In this document: in pieces, positions 1 to 10,232 of the stretch
How positions within the stretch are numbered: the first letter of the stretch is position 1
Layout of the letters: every line of letters begins with the position of its first letter
Source: [Eubacterium] saphenum
GTDB lineage: Bacteria; Bacillota; Clostridia; Oscillospirales; Ruminococcaceae
Length of the DNA: 55,880 bases
Reading direction: 5' to 3'
Assembly (NCBI GenBank): GCA_004554555.1
Contig: SFLN01000016.1
Location: 1 to 55,880, forward strand
The notes under the pieces: generated by a model
Told to the model about the DNA's origin: nothing
What the model saw: only the letters and a program-made list of their open reading frames with translations
Databases searched by the model: none
Translations under genes and position numbers: made by a program

Positions 1-350
1 GCTTTGATATATACGCGCTCTCCGGCATTTTCGCCGGCATCGAACCGGCGAAAATGCGCGATTTTGAGAAACTCGTTCCTCGCTTCTCAAAATCGCGCTC
101 GTACTTGTTGGTTTTACCATTGAGTTTAGGTCGTTCGTCTTGCTTGCGATTTTTCGGGTGTCAAACCCGAAAAATTGGCAAGGGTTGCTTACTGAACTCC
201 AAGATTGTTGGCTAAAGATTAGTCGGCGAAATCGTTCTTTTTTATGATTTAACGCTTCGCTTCAGTGCCTCCGGCGGCTTGAAACCTTTTTCTGAAGAAA
301 AAGGTTTCAAGGCTTCCAAAAAGACTTTTGTACGCTTCGCGGCTCAACGG
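1..350. repeat. Mosaic palindromic intergenic repeat locus 1 (may continue beyond the window edge)
   Basis: 33-bp hairpins at 25-57 and 146-178 (degenerate), a 15-bp-stem inverted repeat at 56-98, and a GCCTCCGGCGG/CCTTTTTC-TGAA-GAAAAAGG module at about 253-345; all recur elsewhere in the window. Confidence 0.85.
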
Positions 351-365
351 TTACGCGCTGCTGAT

Positions 366-1916
366 TTATACAGTCTGCTCGGGCTTATCCTCAATCGTCG
401 GCTTCTCAGAATTCAACCCGCTTGCAATCGCTTTCCCCTGCACAAACGAATTCACCATCTGCTTCAAGTCAATCCCTAACCCCTCAAGCAATCCCGACGA
501 CGCCTGCGTTGTTGCCTCGGTGATGTCCTTAACCATCTTCGCGGTGTTCCCGTCGCCGTACATCGTGATTTTGTCGATGTTTTCAAGCGGCTTCGCAATC
601 GCTGCCGCAATCTCCGGCATCTTCTCGAAATACATCTGCAAAACTGCGGCTTCTTCCATTTTCTTCATCGCCTCGGCCTTCTTGTCAAGACCTTCCGCCT
701 CCGCGAGCGCCTTTGCACGAACCGCGTCCGCTTCCGCGACACCCTTTGCTCGGATACCCTCTGCCTCCTGCTCCGCAGCAAATCTTGCCGCCTCAGCCTT
801 TGCCTTGGCAGCGGCAGCCTCGTTCTCCGCGGTTACGAGAATAGCGGCAGCTTCGTTCTTCTTGATTTGCAGCTCAGCCTCGGAGCGGCGGATTTCCTCA
901 TACTTTTGTGCTTCGGCATTTTGCTGAGTTGCGTAAAGCTTTGCGTCCGCGTTCTGCTGAGCGGCGTATTTCTGCGCTTCGGCAGTTTTCTTAACCTCGG
1001 CTTCGAGCGCGCGCTCCTTGATTTCAGCCTCTTTCGCCTTGATTTCAACCTCTTTTTCCTGTTTGGCAAGGTTTGCGTTTGCCGTGGTAATTTCGATGGT
1101 CTTGCGCTGTTCTTCCTGTTGAATTGTGTACGCAGCGTCCGCTTCTGCCTGCTTGATATCAGCGGCGCGCTTCAGTTCAGCCTGCTTAATGGCAAGCTCG
1201 TTCTGGCGCTCGGCAATCGCGGTTTCGGAGTCAACCCGCGCGTCGTTTGCCTTGCGGTTTGCTTCTGCCTGGGCAATCTTGATATCGCGCTCCGCTTCTG
1301 CCTTGGAAATCGCAGCTTTCTTGCGGATTTGCATTGTGTTGTCGATACCCATATCGTTTATCACGCCGTTCTCGTCCACGAAATTCTGAACGTTGAACGA
1401 AACGATTTCAAGTCCCATTGCCTTGAGGTCGGGGTCGGCGTTTTGGCGAACCTTCTCGGCGAAAACCTGACGGTTTGAAATCATCTCTTCAAGTCGCATC
1501 TGTCCGACAATTTCACGAATATTGCCCTCGAGAACCTCTCTGGCAACATTTGTCACATAGTTTTTGTCCTTGTTGAGGAAGTTTTGCTGCGCCTTTTCGA
1601 TAATGTCCTTTTCGGGGGAAATTTTGACGTTGACAACCGAGTCAACCTTTACGTTAATGTAGTCGCCCGAAGGAATTGAGGTCTGAGTTCTTACGTCAAC
1701 GCTCATCAGCGCGAGGTCAAGCACGTCGCAGCGCTCAAAAAACGGCAGCTTCACCGCAGCTTTACCTATGACAACCTTGGCTTTTCTGCGCAGACCGCTT
1801 ATGATAAGCGCCTGGTCGGGGCGCGCCTTGCGGTAGCCGGTGAGGAACACCAAAATCAGCACCACAACCACGATGATTACGGGAATGAGCCAACCTTTGA
1901 TTTCATCAAAATTCAT
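366..1916 (-). CDS. Flotillin / SPFH domain protein
   Basis: N-terminal TM helix, SPFH domain (VLEGNIREIVGQM), long Ala/Glu/Lys coiled coil, C-terminal IAKPLENIDKITMYG; RBS AAGGAG. Confidence 0.93.
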   Translation of the reverse strand: MNFDEIKGWLIPVIIVVVVLILVFLTGYRKARPDQALIISGLRRKAKVVIGKAAVKLPFFERCDVLDLALMSVDVRTQTSIPSGDYINVKVDSVVNVKISPEKDIIEKAQQNFLNKDKNYVTNVAREVLEGNIREIVGQMRLEEMISNRQVFAEKVRQNADPDLKAMGLEIVSFNVQNFVDENGVINDMGIDNTMQIRKKAAISKAEAERDIKIAQAEANRKANDARVDSETAIAERQNELAIKQAELKRAADIKQAEADAAYTIQQEEQRKTIEITTANANLAKQEKEVEIKAKEAEIKERALEAEVKKTAEAQKYAAQQNADAKLYATQQNAEAQKYEEIRRSEAELQIKKNEAAAILVTAENEAAAAKAKAEAARFAAEQEAEGIRAKGVAEADAVRAKALAEAEGLDKKAEAMKKMEEAAVLQMYFEKMPEIAAAIAKPLENIDKITMYGDGNTAKMVKDITEATTQASSGLLEGLGIDLKQMVNSFVQGKAIASGLNSEKPTIEDKPEQTV

Positions 1917-1966
1917 AAAATTCTCCTTTCAGCGGAAAGCCGCTTTTCAACCAACATTCTGCTTTT

Positions 1967-1996
1967 ATTATACACCCGACTGCGCGCCGCTGTCAA
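1967..1996 (-). promoter_or_regulatory. SigA-type promoter of the flotillin gene
   Basis: TTGACA-18 bp-TATAAT on the minus strand, about 50 bp upstream of the ATG. Confidence 0.75.
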
Positions 1997-2243
1997 GGGT
2001 TTTATACAGTGATGAGAGCGTTTCGGTTTTTGAATATGTGAAAGTTGCACAAATTGCGCAGTGTCGCAAAACATCGCGTTCAACAGTCATAATTGTCAAG
2101 GAAAAAGTTGGATTTCGCGGAATTTTTTGTGCAAAATATATATTGTTTTTTTAGGGGAAAAGAGTTAAAATAAGTAGGAATTGGGCTTATTGCAAAAGTG
2201 CGCTTATTGACAGTCCATATTAAATAGGTAAATGGTGATTGAG

Positions 2244-2552
2244 ATGGATTTTTTACGCGAGATAATCACAATGGATAAAGCAGCGGGAGCGCGTGTTGAA
2301 AAGGCGGTTGCCAAGCAAAAGCAGCGCACCGACGAGTTCGGCGAGAGCAGCGCCCGCGAGCGTGAACAAAAGCTCGCTTCGGAACGCGACCGGAACGCTG
2401 CCTTTAAGGACGAGCAGGAAAAGTTGCTTGCCGAAAAGCAAAAGAACGCCGAGCTTGCTCTCAAAACACGCGTCGAGGCTCTTGACAAGCGGTTTGCGGA
2501 GAACGGCGAGCGCTGGCGCGCGGAGATTTTAAAGCGGATTACGGAGGAATAA
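2244..2552 (+). CDS. V/A-type ATPase peripheral stalk subunit G/H
   Basis: Short charged coiled-coil protein at the head of the ATPase operon; ATG 2244 follows GGTGA (ORF open from 2232). Confidence 0.7.
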   Translation: MDFLREIITMDKAAGARVEKAVAKQKQRTDEFGESSAREREQKLASERDRNAAFKDEQEKLLAEKQKNAELALKTRVEALDKRFAENGERWRAEILKRITEE

Positions 2553-2553
2553 T

Positions 2554-3582
2554 ATGTACGCGTCAAACGGCGTTACGGCAAAGTGCCGAGCGGTTTTCGG
2601 GCAGCGCCTAACCCCTCTCGACTACGCGCAGCTTGCCGCAAAGGAAAACGTTCCGCAGATTTGCGACTATCTGAAAACCGTGCCGAGATACGAAAAGGCG
2701 CTCTCCTCGGTTAACTCGGGCGCAATTCACCGCGGTCAGCTTGAAGCGCTCCTTGCGAAAGCCGCGTTCGATATCTACGAGAAATTCCGGAAATTCGACT
2801 TCACAAAAAGCCGCGGCTACTTCTCGTTCATCGTCGAGCGGCTGGAAATCGGGCAGATTGTGTCGGCGATTGCGGCGGTTTACGCAGGCGGCTCGGACGC
2901 TTATATAGCGGCGGTTCCGATGTACCTGAACCGCTACACGAAAACAAATCTCCCCGAGCTTGGACAGGCGAAAAACTTGTCCGAGGTTATCGAGCAGCTT
3001 GAGGGCACGTCTTACATCAAGGTGCTGCGCGAGCCGCTGATAAACGCCGCGCAGAACGGTAAACTCGACATCGGCGAGGTTGAACGGCGGCTTGTGAACG
3101 ACTATTATTTCCGCTTGCTCAAACACGCGGAGGAAAACTTTCGCGGCACGGAGAAAAAGGAGTTCAAGCGGGCAATTCTGCGGTCGATTGATATGGAGAA
3201 CGTTGTCACGCTGTACCGCAGAGCGCGGTTTTCCGGCGCAAATCCCGAGGATTTGAAAAAAACGCTGATACCGTTTAAATACAAGCTTCGTGATGACGTT
3301 ATCGAGGAGCTTATCGCGGAGAAGGACATCGACGCGCTCGCTAAACGTCTGGAGAAAATCGGTTATCACAGCGATAACGAAAGCGCAACGGTCGAGCAGC
3401 TCACCGAGCAAATCAGCCAGAAGTTCTACGAGAAAACGCTTCACCTCTCGTCGCACGCGGCTGTCGCTTATTTCGCGCTCACCGAGAGCATCTGCACGGA
3501 GCTGCGAAATATCCGAACGGTTGTCGAGGGAGTGCGCTACGAGCTGGACGGCACGGATATAATGAAGATGCTGGTACTTTAA
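2554..3582 (+). CDS. ntpC: V/A-type ATPase subunit C
   Basis: 342 aa, operon position, C-terminal ELRNIRTVVEGVRY. Confidence 0.88.
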   Translation: MYASNGVTAKCRAVFGQRLTPLDYAQLAAKENVPQICDYLKTVPRYEKALSSVNSGAIHRGQLEALLAKAAFDIYEKFRKFDFTKSRGYFSFIVERLEIGQIVSAIAAVYAGGSDAYIAAVPMYLNRYTKTNLPELGQAKNLSEVIEQLEGTSYIKVLREPLINAAQNGKLDIGEVERRLVNDYYFRLLKHAEENFRGTEKKEFKRAILRSIDMENVVTLYRRARFSGANPEDLKKTLIPFKYKLRDDVIEELIAEKDIDALAKRLEKIGYHSDNESATVEQLTEQISQKFYEKTLHLSSHAAVAYFALTESICTELRNIRTVVEGVRYELDGTDIMKMLVL

Positions 3583-3626
3583 AAGTTGGTAAATAAAGGA
3601 AAAAACCTGTTAAGGCGGTGATATAT

Positions 3627-5585
3627 TTGGGAATAGAAAAAATGTCGCTGATTGCGGTTGACGGACCGTCAAAATCGCTTGACAGTGCGCTTATGTCCTG
3701 CTGCGAGAGCGGGGTGTTCCACATCGTGTCAAACGGCGCGGTTGTGCGAAATCTCGGCGAGCAGAACCCCTACAAGGGCATTCTTGCAAGGGTGCGCGAT
3801 ATGGCGATAAATCTGAAAATTCCCGTTAAGGACGCGGATTTTTCGCACGTTGACTGCGAGAGCGCGGAGGATTTTGAGAACTATCTCGGCGATATCTCAA
3901 AGCGTTATGACGAGCTGAACGAGCAGTACGCGGCGGTTGAACAGACGCTTCGCGAGCACCTCGAAACGGACGCTTTCGTTCGGCATTTGCACGGGCTTGA
4001 CGTTCCGTTCTCGGAGCTGTTCTCGATGAAGTACGTCAAAATGCGTATCGGCAGAATGCCGCTCGACAACGAGGAAAAATTACAGTACTACGCGACAAAG
4101 TGCTTCGTTTTCCAGGAGTTCGAGAAAGCCGAGGACTACGTTTACGGAATTTATCTTGTTCCCGTGCAGTACGTTGAGTTCGCAGACGAGCTGATGACGT
4201 CGCTCGGATTTGAGAGAACGCGGCTTCCCGATTATCTTGAGGGTGACGCAGATGTTGCCGACCAAAAGCTCCACGCGCTGATTGAAACCGAGGAAAAGAA
4301 AAAGGAAGACCTCGAAAAGGAGCTTGCGTATTTCGCGGACAGCCTCAAGGACGATTTTTCGGCGGTTTTGTGCAAGCTGCGCTACAAGAGCGAAGTAAAC
4401 GAGCTGCGGAAAAAGGTTGTTATATCGAACGGGCGGTTTTCGTTCTCGGGGTACTGTCCCGCGAAAAGCTCCAAGGAGCTGCGCACGGCGATTGTCAAGA
4501 ACGCGAAAAATGTTCAGTGCACGGAAATTCCCGTTGACAAGAAGCACGCTTCTCCGGAAGTGCCCGTAAAGCTGAAGAACAACGTGATTACGCGTCCGTT
4601 TGAGATGTTCACAAGAATGTACGGCTTGCCGGTGTACGGCGGCTTCGACCCCACGCCTTACGTTGCGATAACGTATATGCTGATGTTCGGGATTATGTTC
4701 GGCGACGTCGGGCAGGGCTTGCTGATATCGCTGCTCGGGCTTATCCTCACGAAAACGACCAAGAACGGACTTGCTCCCGTGATGACGCGCCTTGGAATTT
4801 TCTCGGCGCTGTTCGGGTGCGTTTACGGCTCGGTTTTCGGTATCGAAACGATAATCACGCCGATTTTCCACCGCGAGGATATCTGGTACGGCGTGTGTGA
4901 TTTGATGGGAAATCTCGGTATCCCGCGCCACCCCGAAAGCATTTTCCAGGCGGCAACCGCAGTGCTGATTTTCGCGCTGTTTTTGGGAGTTGTGCTGATA
5001 CTGATTTCGATGATTTTCAACACGGTGAAGAACTTCAAGGCGAAAAAGCTCGGCGAGGCACTGTTTGACATAAACGGCGTTGCGGGAATTGTGCTTTACG
5101 CGTCGCTGATGATAGGTCTTGCGGGCACGCTGATGTACGGTCTGGAAATTATGACGGTGCCGTATGTGATTTGTCTGATTGTACTGCCGGTTGCGCTGAT
5201 TTTCTTCAAGGCACCGCTCACGGCTCTCGTAACGGGCAGGAAAGCCGAAAAATTCAGCATCGCAGAGAGCTTTATCGGAATTTTCGAGGGCGCGCTGAGC
5301 TTCCTGTCGAACACGATGAGCTTCTTGAGAATAGGCGGCTTTGTTCTGTCGCACGCGGGCTTTATGCTGGTTGTATCGCAGCTTGCGGGCGCTTCTCAGC
5401 CGAACGCGCCGGTCACCGTCGGAATGGTGATAACCTACATTATCGGCAACATTCTGGTTATGGGTATCGAGGGCTTGCTCTCGGGAATACAGGTGCTCAG
5501 ACTGGAGTTTTACGAGGTATTTTCGCGTTTCTACGACGGCGGCGGAAGCGAGTTTACACCGCTGAAAATCAAGTCGCATTTTTGA
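3627..5585 (+). CDS. ntpI: V/A-type ATPase subunit I (a)
   Basis: YGLP..GGFDPT, GIMFGDVGQG, LSNTMSFLRIG and LRLEFYEVFSRFY motifs; TTG start at 3627 preferred (ORF open from 3618). Confidence 0.95.
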   Translation: MGIEKMSLIAVDGPSKSLDSALMSCCESGVFHIVSNGAVVRNLGEQNPYKGILARVRDMAINLKIPVKDADFSHVDCESAEDFENYLGDISKRYDELNEQYAAVEQTLREHLETDAFVRHLHGLDVPFSELFSMKYVKMRIGRMPLDNEEKLQYYATKCFVFQEFEKAEDYVYGIYLVPVQYVEFADELMTSLGFERTRLPDYLEGDADVADQKLHALIETEEKKKEDLEKELAYFADSLKDDFSAVLCKLRYKSEVNELRKKVVISNGRFSFSGYCPAKSSKELRTAIVKNAKNVQCTEIPVDKKHASPEVPVKLKNNVITRPFEMFTRMYGLPVYGGFDPTPYVAITYMLMFGIMFGDVGQGLLISLLGLILTKTTKNGLAPVMTRLGIFSALFGCVYGSVFGIETIITPIFHREDIWYGVCDLMGNLGIPRHPESIFQAATAVLIFALFLGVVLILISMIFNTVKNFKAKKLGEALFDINGVAGIVLYASLMIGLAGTLMYGLEIMTVPYVICLIVLPVALIFFKAPLTALVTGRKAEKFSIAESFIGIFEGALSFLSNTMSFLRIGGFVLSHAGFMLVVSQLAGASQPNAPVTVGMVITYIIGNILVMGIEGLLSGIQVLRLEFYEVFSRFYDGGGSEFTPLKIKSHF

Positions 5586-5633
5586 TGAAAACGGAAAAGT
5601 TTTGCGTATAAAATAATTTTGGAGGAAAAGAAA

Positions 5634-6074
5634 ATGAATATTGCACTTATCATTATTTTGCCGCTGGTCGCGGTTGGGCTTATTATGCTGCCGATTATTA
5701 TGGCAATTCTTCGCAAGCGTTCGGGCAAGACCGTTCACCCGAAGCGCGCGGTTATAACAAACGTTGCTTCGTTTTTCGGAGTAATGCTCACGATGACCGT
5801 GCTCCCGCTCACGGGCGCGTTTGCGGCTTCTCCGGAAACCACTGCGGCTGCTGTTCAGACGGGCGCGGACGGCTTGAAGTATCTGGCGGCTGCGCTTTCG
5901 ACCGGACTTGGTTCAATCGGCGCGGGAATTGCCGTTGGAGCGGGCGCGCCTGCGGCTATCGGCGCGATTTCGGAGAACGACAAGGCGTTTTCTAAGGCAC
6001 TGATTTTCGTTGCACTCGGCGAGGGCGTTGCGATTTACGGACTGCTTATTTCAATTCTGATACTCTTTGGTTAA
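5634..6074 (+). CDS. ntpK: V/A-type ATPase proteolipid subunit K (c)
   Basis: Gly/Ala-rich helical hairpin with the ion-binding Glu in ALGEGVAIYG; ATG 5634 after GGAGG. Confidence 0.93.
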   Translation: MNIALIIILPLVAVGLIMLPIIMAILRKRSGKTVHPKRAVITNVASFFGVMLTMTVLPLTGAFAASPETTAAAVQTGADGLKYLAAALSTGLGSIGAGIAVGAGAPAAIGAISENDKAFSKALIFVALGEGVAIYGLLISILILFG

Positions 6075-6087
6075 TTTTGGGTGAACT

Positions 6088-6396
6088 ATGAAATTTTTCC
6101 TGATAAGCGACAACACGGACACGCAGATGGGAATGAGAATTGCAGGGATTGAGGGCGTTGTCGCGCACACTGCCGCCGAGGTTAACGAAGCGCTTGACAA
6201 AGCGGTTTCCGATGAGGACGTCGCGGTTGTGCTGATGACGCAGAAAACCGCCGCGCTTTGCCCTGAGCGGGTTTACGACATAAAGCTGAACTACCGCAGA
6301 CCGCTTGTGGTCGAGATACCCGACCGTCACGGCTCGGGCGGCGTTACCGAGGCAATCGGCAGGTATGTTGAGGAAGCAATCGGCGTGAAGCTGTAA
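6088..6396 (+). CDS. ntpG: V/A-type ATPase subunit F
   Basis: ISDNTDTQMGMRIAGIEG, PLVVEIPDRHG and EAIGVKL motifs. Confidence 0.92.
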   Translation: MKFFLISDNTDTQMGMRIAGIEGVVAHTAAEVNEALDKAVSDEDVAVVLMTQKTAALCPERVYDIKLNYRRPLVVEIPDRHGSGGVTEAIGRYVEEAIGVKL

Positions 6397-6431
6397 AAGA
6401 GCCGCGGGGGCGGTTTCCGAAAGGATTTTTT

Positions 6432-7025
6432 ATGGATTTGAATGCATTAAACGCGTCCAAAATGACGATGTTCAGAAACGCGGTCAACCACCAAGCCGAC
6501 CGTGAAATCGAGGAGCTTACCGCGAAAATCCGCGAACAGCGCTCGGCTGCCGAGCGTATCCGCGAGGAGCACGAGTCGCGCGAGGCGATGGCGGCGCTCA
6601 AAACCGAGCGTTCCGCGATGGAAGCCAAGTACCGCAAGGAGCTGTCGCGGTGCGATTACGAGGTGAACAAGCAGGTTCTCGCTCACCGCAAGGAGCTTGT
6701 CGGCGAATTTTTCGGCAAAATTGAGCAGGATTTGCGTGAATTTTCCGAGAGCGAAAAGTACACGGATTTTCTCAAAAAACGCGTTGAAAAAGCCGAAAAA
6801 GCGCTCGGGAAAGACGTGGTAATTCTCGCGGCGAAAAAGGACGTCGAGCGGCTTTCTTCGCTCACCGAGCACGAGGTTCGCGCGGACAGCACGATTGTTC
6901 TCGGGGGAATTTGCGCGCTTGACGAAAAACGCGGGCTTTTCTGCGATTTTTCGCTTGACAGTGCGCTTTCTGACGAGCGCGCCGCGTTTGCCGAGAAGCG
7001 CGAGCTGATGACGGCGGAAATCTGA
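6432..7025 (+). CDS. ntpE: V/A-type ATPase subunit E
   Basis: N-terminal coiled coil, IVLGGI..CDFSLD C-terminal domain, position before subunit A. Confidence 0.85.
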   Translation: MDLNALNASKMTMFRNAVNHQADREIEELTAKIREQRSAAERIREEHESREAMAALKTERSAMEAKYRKELSRCDYEVNKQVLAHRKELVGEFFGKIEQDLREFSESEKYTDFLKKRVEKAEKALGKDVVILAAKKDVERLSSLTEHEVRADSTIVLGGICALDEKRGLFCDFSLDSALSDERAAFAEKRELMTAEI

Positions 7026-7035
7026 GGCTGGGGGT

Positions 7036-8796
7036 TTGGATTTGGAAAACACGATTTATTCGATAAACGGGCCTGTCGTAAAGGCGGCGAACACAAAGGA
7101 TTTCTCGATGCTGGAGATGGTGTACATCGGGGAACGTCGGCTTATCGGCGAGGTTATCGGCGTTGCCGATGATTTCACGACAATACAGGTTTACGAGAAC
7201 ACGGCGGGACTGAAAATCGGCGAGCCGATTTACGGCACCGGCGCACCTGTCTGCGCAACGCTCGGTCCGGGCATCATCTCGAACATTTTTGACGGAATAG
7301 AGCGTCCGCTTCGCGATATGGTGAAGGACAACGGCGCTTTTGTTGCCGAGGGAAGCCACCTTTTTTCGCTGGACGAGGAACGCGAGTTTGACGTGACCGT
7401 CACGGTGAAAAAGGGCGACAAGCTCTGCGCGGGCGATGTTTACTGCACAACGCCCGAAACCCCGCTTATCACGCACAAATGTATGCTCCCGCCCGATATG
7501 AGCGGCGAGGTTACGTTTGCGGCGGAGAACGGGAAATACCGCGTGAACGACGTGATTATCCGCGTGAAAACAGCAAGCGGCGAGGAAAAAGAGCTGACGA
7601 TGGTTCAGCGCTGGGCGATAAAAAGAGCGCGTCCGTGCGCTTCCAGACTGCCTTCAACAAAGCCGCTGGTTACGGGACAGCGCATTATCGACACGCTGCT
7701 GCCCGTGGCAAAAGGCGGCGCTGCGGCTATTCCGGGCGGTTTCGGTACGGGAAAAACCGTTACGCAGCACCAAATCGCGAAGTGGTGCGACGCGGATATC
7801 ATCGTGTACATCGGCTGCGGCGAGCGCGGAAATGAAATGACGCAGGTTTTGGAGGAGTTCGGGGAGCTGATTGACCCGAAGTCCAACCGCCCGCTCACCG
7901 ACAGAACCGTCCTTATCGCGAACACCTCGAATATGCCCGTGGCAGCGCGCGAAGCGTCTATTTATACGGGAATAACGCTCGCGGAGTACTACCGCGATAT
8001 GGGTTATCACATCGCGATAATGGCGGACTCGACCTCACGCTGGGCTGAAGCGCTGCGCGAGATTTCGGGACGACTTGAAGAAATGCCCGCCGAGGAGGGC
8101 TTCCCCGCGTACTTGCCGTCAAGACTCTCGGAGTTTTACGAGCGCGCGGGCTATGTCAAGAATTTGAACGGCACCGAAGGCTCGGTGACGATAATCGGCG
8201 CGGTTTCGCCGCAGGGCTCGGACTTCTCGGAGCCTGTCACGCAGAACACGAAGCGTTTCGTGCGCTGTTTCTGGGCGCTGGACAAGTCGCTTGCCTACGC
8301 GCGTCACTACCCCGCGATTGACTGGAACAGCAGCTATTCCGAATATGTCGAGGATTTGGCTGATTATTACAACAACATCGCGCCCGATTATATGGCGCTT
8401 CGGCAGGAAATTTCCAACATTTTACAGGAAGAAGCAAAGCTGATGGAGATTGTAAAGCTGATAGGCGCGGACGTTTTGCCCGATGACCAGAAGCTGACGA
8501 TTGAAACGGCGAGGGTTGTGCGCGTTGGATTTTTGCAGCAGAACGCGCGCCACACCGAGGACACCTACGTTCCGCTGATGAAGCAGCGGCTGATGATGAA
8601 GGTGATTTCCGTGCTTTACCACAAGTCGCTTGACGCGCTGAAAACGGGCGTTATGCTCTCGGATATCTTCGCGCTCGGGCTTTTTGAAAAGGCAACGAAG
8701 ATGAAATACGATATCCCGAACAGCCGCCTCGACCTGTTTGACGGGCTGATTTCGGAGATAAACGAGAAGATAGACGCTCTGAACGCGGGGGTTTGA
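7036..8796 (+). CDS. ntpA: V/A-type ATPase catalytic subunit A
   Basis: Walker [35 protein letters not shown] start. Confidence 0.98.
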   Translation: MDLENTIYSINGPVVKAANTKDFSMLEMVYIGERRLIGEVIGVADDFTTIQVYENTAGLKIGEPIYGTGAPVCATLGPGIISNIFDGIERPLRDMVKDNGAFVAEGSHLFSLDEEREFDVTVTVKKGDKLCAGDVYCTTPETPLITHKCMLPPDMSGEVTFAAENGKYRVNDVIIRVKTASGEEKELTMVQRWAIKRARPCASRLPSTKPLVTGQRIIDTLLPVAKGGAAAIPGGFGTGKTVTQHQIAKWCDADIIVYIGCGERGNEMTQVLEEFGELIDPKSNRPLTDRTVLIANTSNMPVAAREASIYTGITLAEYYRDMGYHIAIMADSTSRWAEALREISGRLEEMPAEEGFPAYLPSRLSEFYERAGYVKNLNGTEGSVTIIGAVSPQGSDFSEPVTQNTKRFVRCFWALDKSLAYARHYPAIDWNSSYSEYVEDLADYYNNIAPDYMALRQEISNILQEEAKLMEIVKLIGADVLPDDQKLTIETARVVRVGFLQQNARHTEDTYVPLMKQRLMMKVISVLYHKSLDALKTGVMLSDIFALGLFEKATKMKYDIPNSRLDLFDGLISEINEKIDALNAGV

Positions 8797-8798
8797 AA

Positions 8799-10193
8799 AT
8801 GAGTGTACAGTATGTTGGATTGACTGATATAAACGGCCCGCTGGTTGCGCTGGACGGCGTGAAGGGCGCGGCGTTTGACGAGATTGCGAAAATTCGCCTC
8901 GACGACGGCTCGGAGAGAATCGGGCGCGTTGTGCAGATGGAGGGCGAAAAGGTTATTTTGCAGGTGTTTGAGGGAACGAACGGCATTTCGCTCAAGAACA
9001 CGCGCACGATTTTTTCGGGAAAACCGCTTGAAATCCCGCTCTCGCCCGAGATACTCGGAAGAGTTTTCAACGGCGCGGGAAAGCCGATTGACGGACTTGG
9101 CGACGTGTTCCCCGAGAAGATGGGCGATGTCAACGGGCGCGCGCTCAACCCTTATTCGCGTGATTATCCGAAAAACTATATCCACACGGGCATAAGCTCG
9201 ATTGACGCGCTGATGACGCTGATTCGCGGGCAGAAGCTGCCGATTTTCTCCGGCTCGGGAATGCTCCACAACAAGCTTGCCGTTCAAATTGTAAAGCAGG
9301 CGAAAATCACCGGCGAAGGCGCGAAGGATTTCGGCGTTGTTTTTGCGGCAATGGGCGTGCAGAACGATGTCGCGGACTATTTCCGCCGCTCGTTTGAGGA
9401 CACGGGCGCAATCGAGCGCGTTTGTATGTTCCTCAACCTCTCGAGCGACCCGATTATCGAGCGTCTGCTTACGCCGCTTTGCGCGCTGACTGCCGCAGAG
9501 TACCTCGCGTTCGAGAAAAATATGCACATTCTGGTTATTATGACCGATATGACGTCTTACGCGGAGGCACTGCGCGAGTTCTCGTCATCGAAGGGCGAAA
9601 TTCCGGGCAGAAAGGGTTATCCGGGCTATCTGTACTCAAACTTGGCGGCAATTTACGAGCGCGCGGGAATTATCAAGGGCAGCTCGGGTTCGGTTACGCA
9701 GATACCGATTTTGACGATGCCGAACGATGACATCACGCACCCGATACCCGACCTCACGGCTTACATTACCGAGGGGCAGATTGTTTTTGACCGCGAGCTT
9801 GACCGCAAGGGAATTTACCCGGGCGTTTCGGTTTTGCTGTCGCTGTCGAGATTGATGAAGGACGGCATCGGCGAGGGCTTTACGCGCGGCGACCACGCTG
9901 CCGTTTCCAACCAGCTTTTCGCGGCTTACGCGAGAGTGCAGGAAGCGCGCAGCTTGGCGTCGGTTATCGGCGAGGACGAGCTTTCAGAAGCGGACCGCGC
10001 TTATATGAAATTCGGAAAGCTGTTCGAGGAGAACTTCCTCAATCAGGGCTTTGACGAGAACAGAACGCTTGATGAAACGTTGGATTTGGGCTGGGATTTG
10101 CTTTGTGCATTGCCGAGAAGCGAGCTCGACAGAGTGGACGAGAAGCTGCTTGACGAGAAGTACAATCCCGACAGAGCGCTGAAATTTATGTAA
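8799..10193 (+). CDS. ntpB: V/A-type ATPase subunit B
   Basis: [37 protein letters not shown] at 8799. Confidence 0.98.
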   Translation: MSVQYVGLTDINGPLVALDGVKGAAFDEIAKIRLDDGSERIGRVVQMEGEKVILQVFEGTNGISLKNTRTIFSGKPLEIPLSPEILGRVFNGAGKPIDGLGDVFPEKMGDVNGRALNPYSRDYPKNYIHTGISSIDALMTLIRGQKLPIFSGSGMLHNKLAVQIVKQAKITGEGAKDFGVVFAAMGVQNDVADYFRRSFEDTGAIERVCMFLNLSSDPIIERLLTPLCALTAAEYLAFEKNMHILVIMTDMTSYAEALREFSSSKGEIPGRKGYPGYLYSNLAAIYERAGIIKGSSGSVTQIPILTMPNDDITHPIPDLTAYITEGQIVFDRELDRKGIYPGVSVLLSLSRLMKDGIGEGFTRGDHAAVSNQLFAAYARVQEARSLASVIGEDELSEADRAYMKFGKLFEENFLNQGFDENRTLDETLDLGWDLLCALPRSELDRVDEKLLDEKYNPDRALKFM

Positions 10194-10232
10194 AAATCGC
10201 TGAAAATTCCGCAGGAGAGCAGGTGAGAAACG

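Noticed and set aside
279..479. Short ORFs sharing PFSEEKG / FSSEKG-like peptides (also near 11039-11428, 13606-13849, 17652-18045)
   Set aside because: They are translations of the palindromic repeat module in various frames and strands, without consistent starts or RBS; not a protein family
2036..2052. Rex operator upstream of the ATPase operon
   Set aside because: Arm spacing is 1 bp shorter than the 18-bp TTGTGAA-N4-TTCACAA consensus; kept only as an unassigned motif
4080..5738. Long antisense ORFs (also 9984-11216, 14366-15436, 16375-17574, 29152-30315, 32037-33182, 50103-51620, 53107-54444)
   Set aside because: They shadow well-supported genes on the opposite strand, as expected from GC-rich codon usage, and show no recognisable motifs
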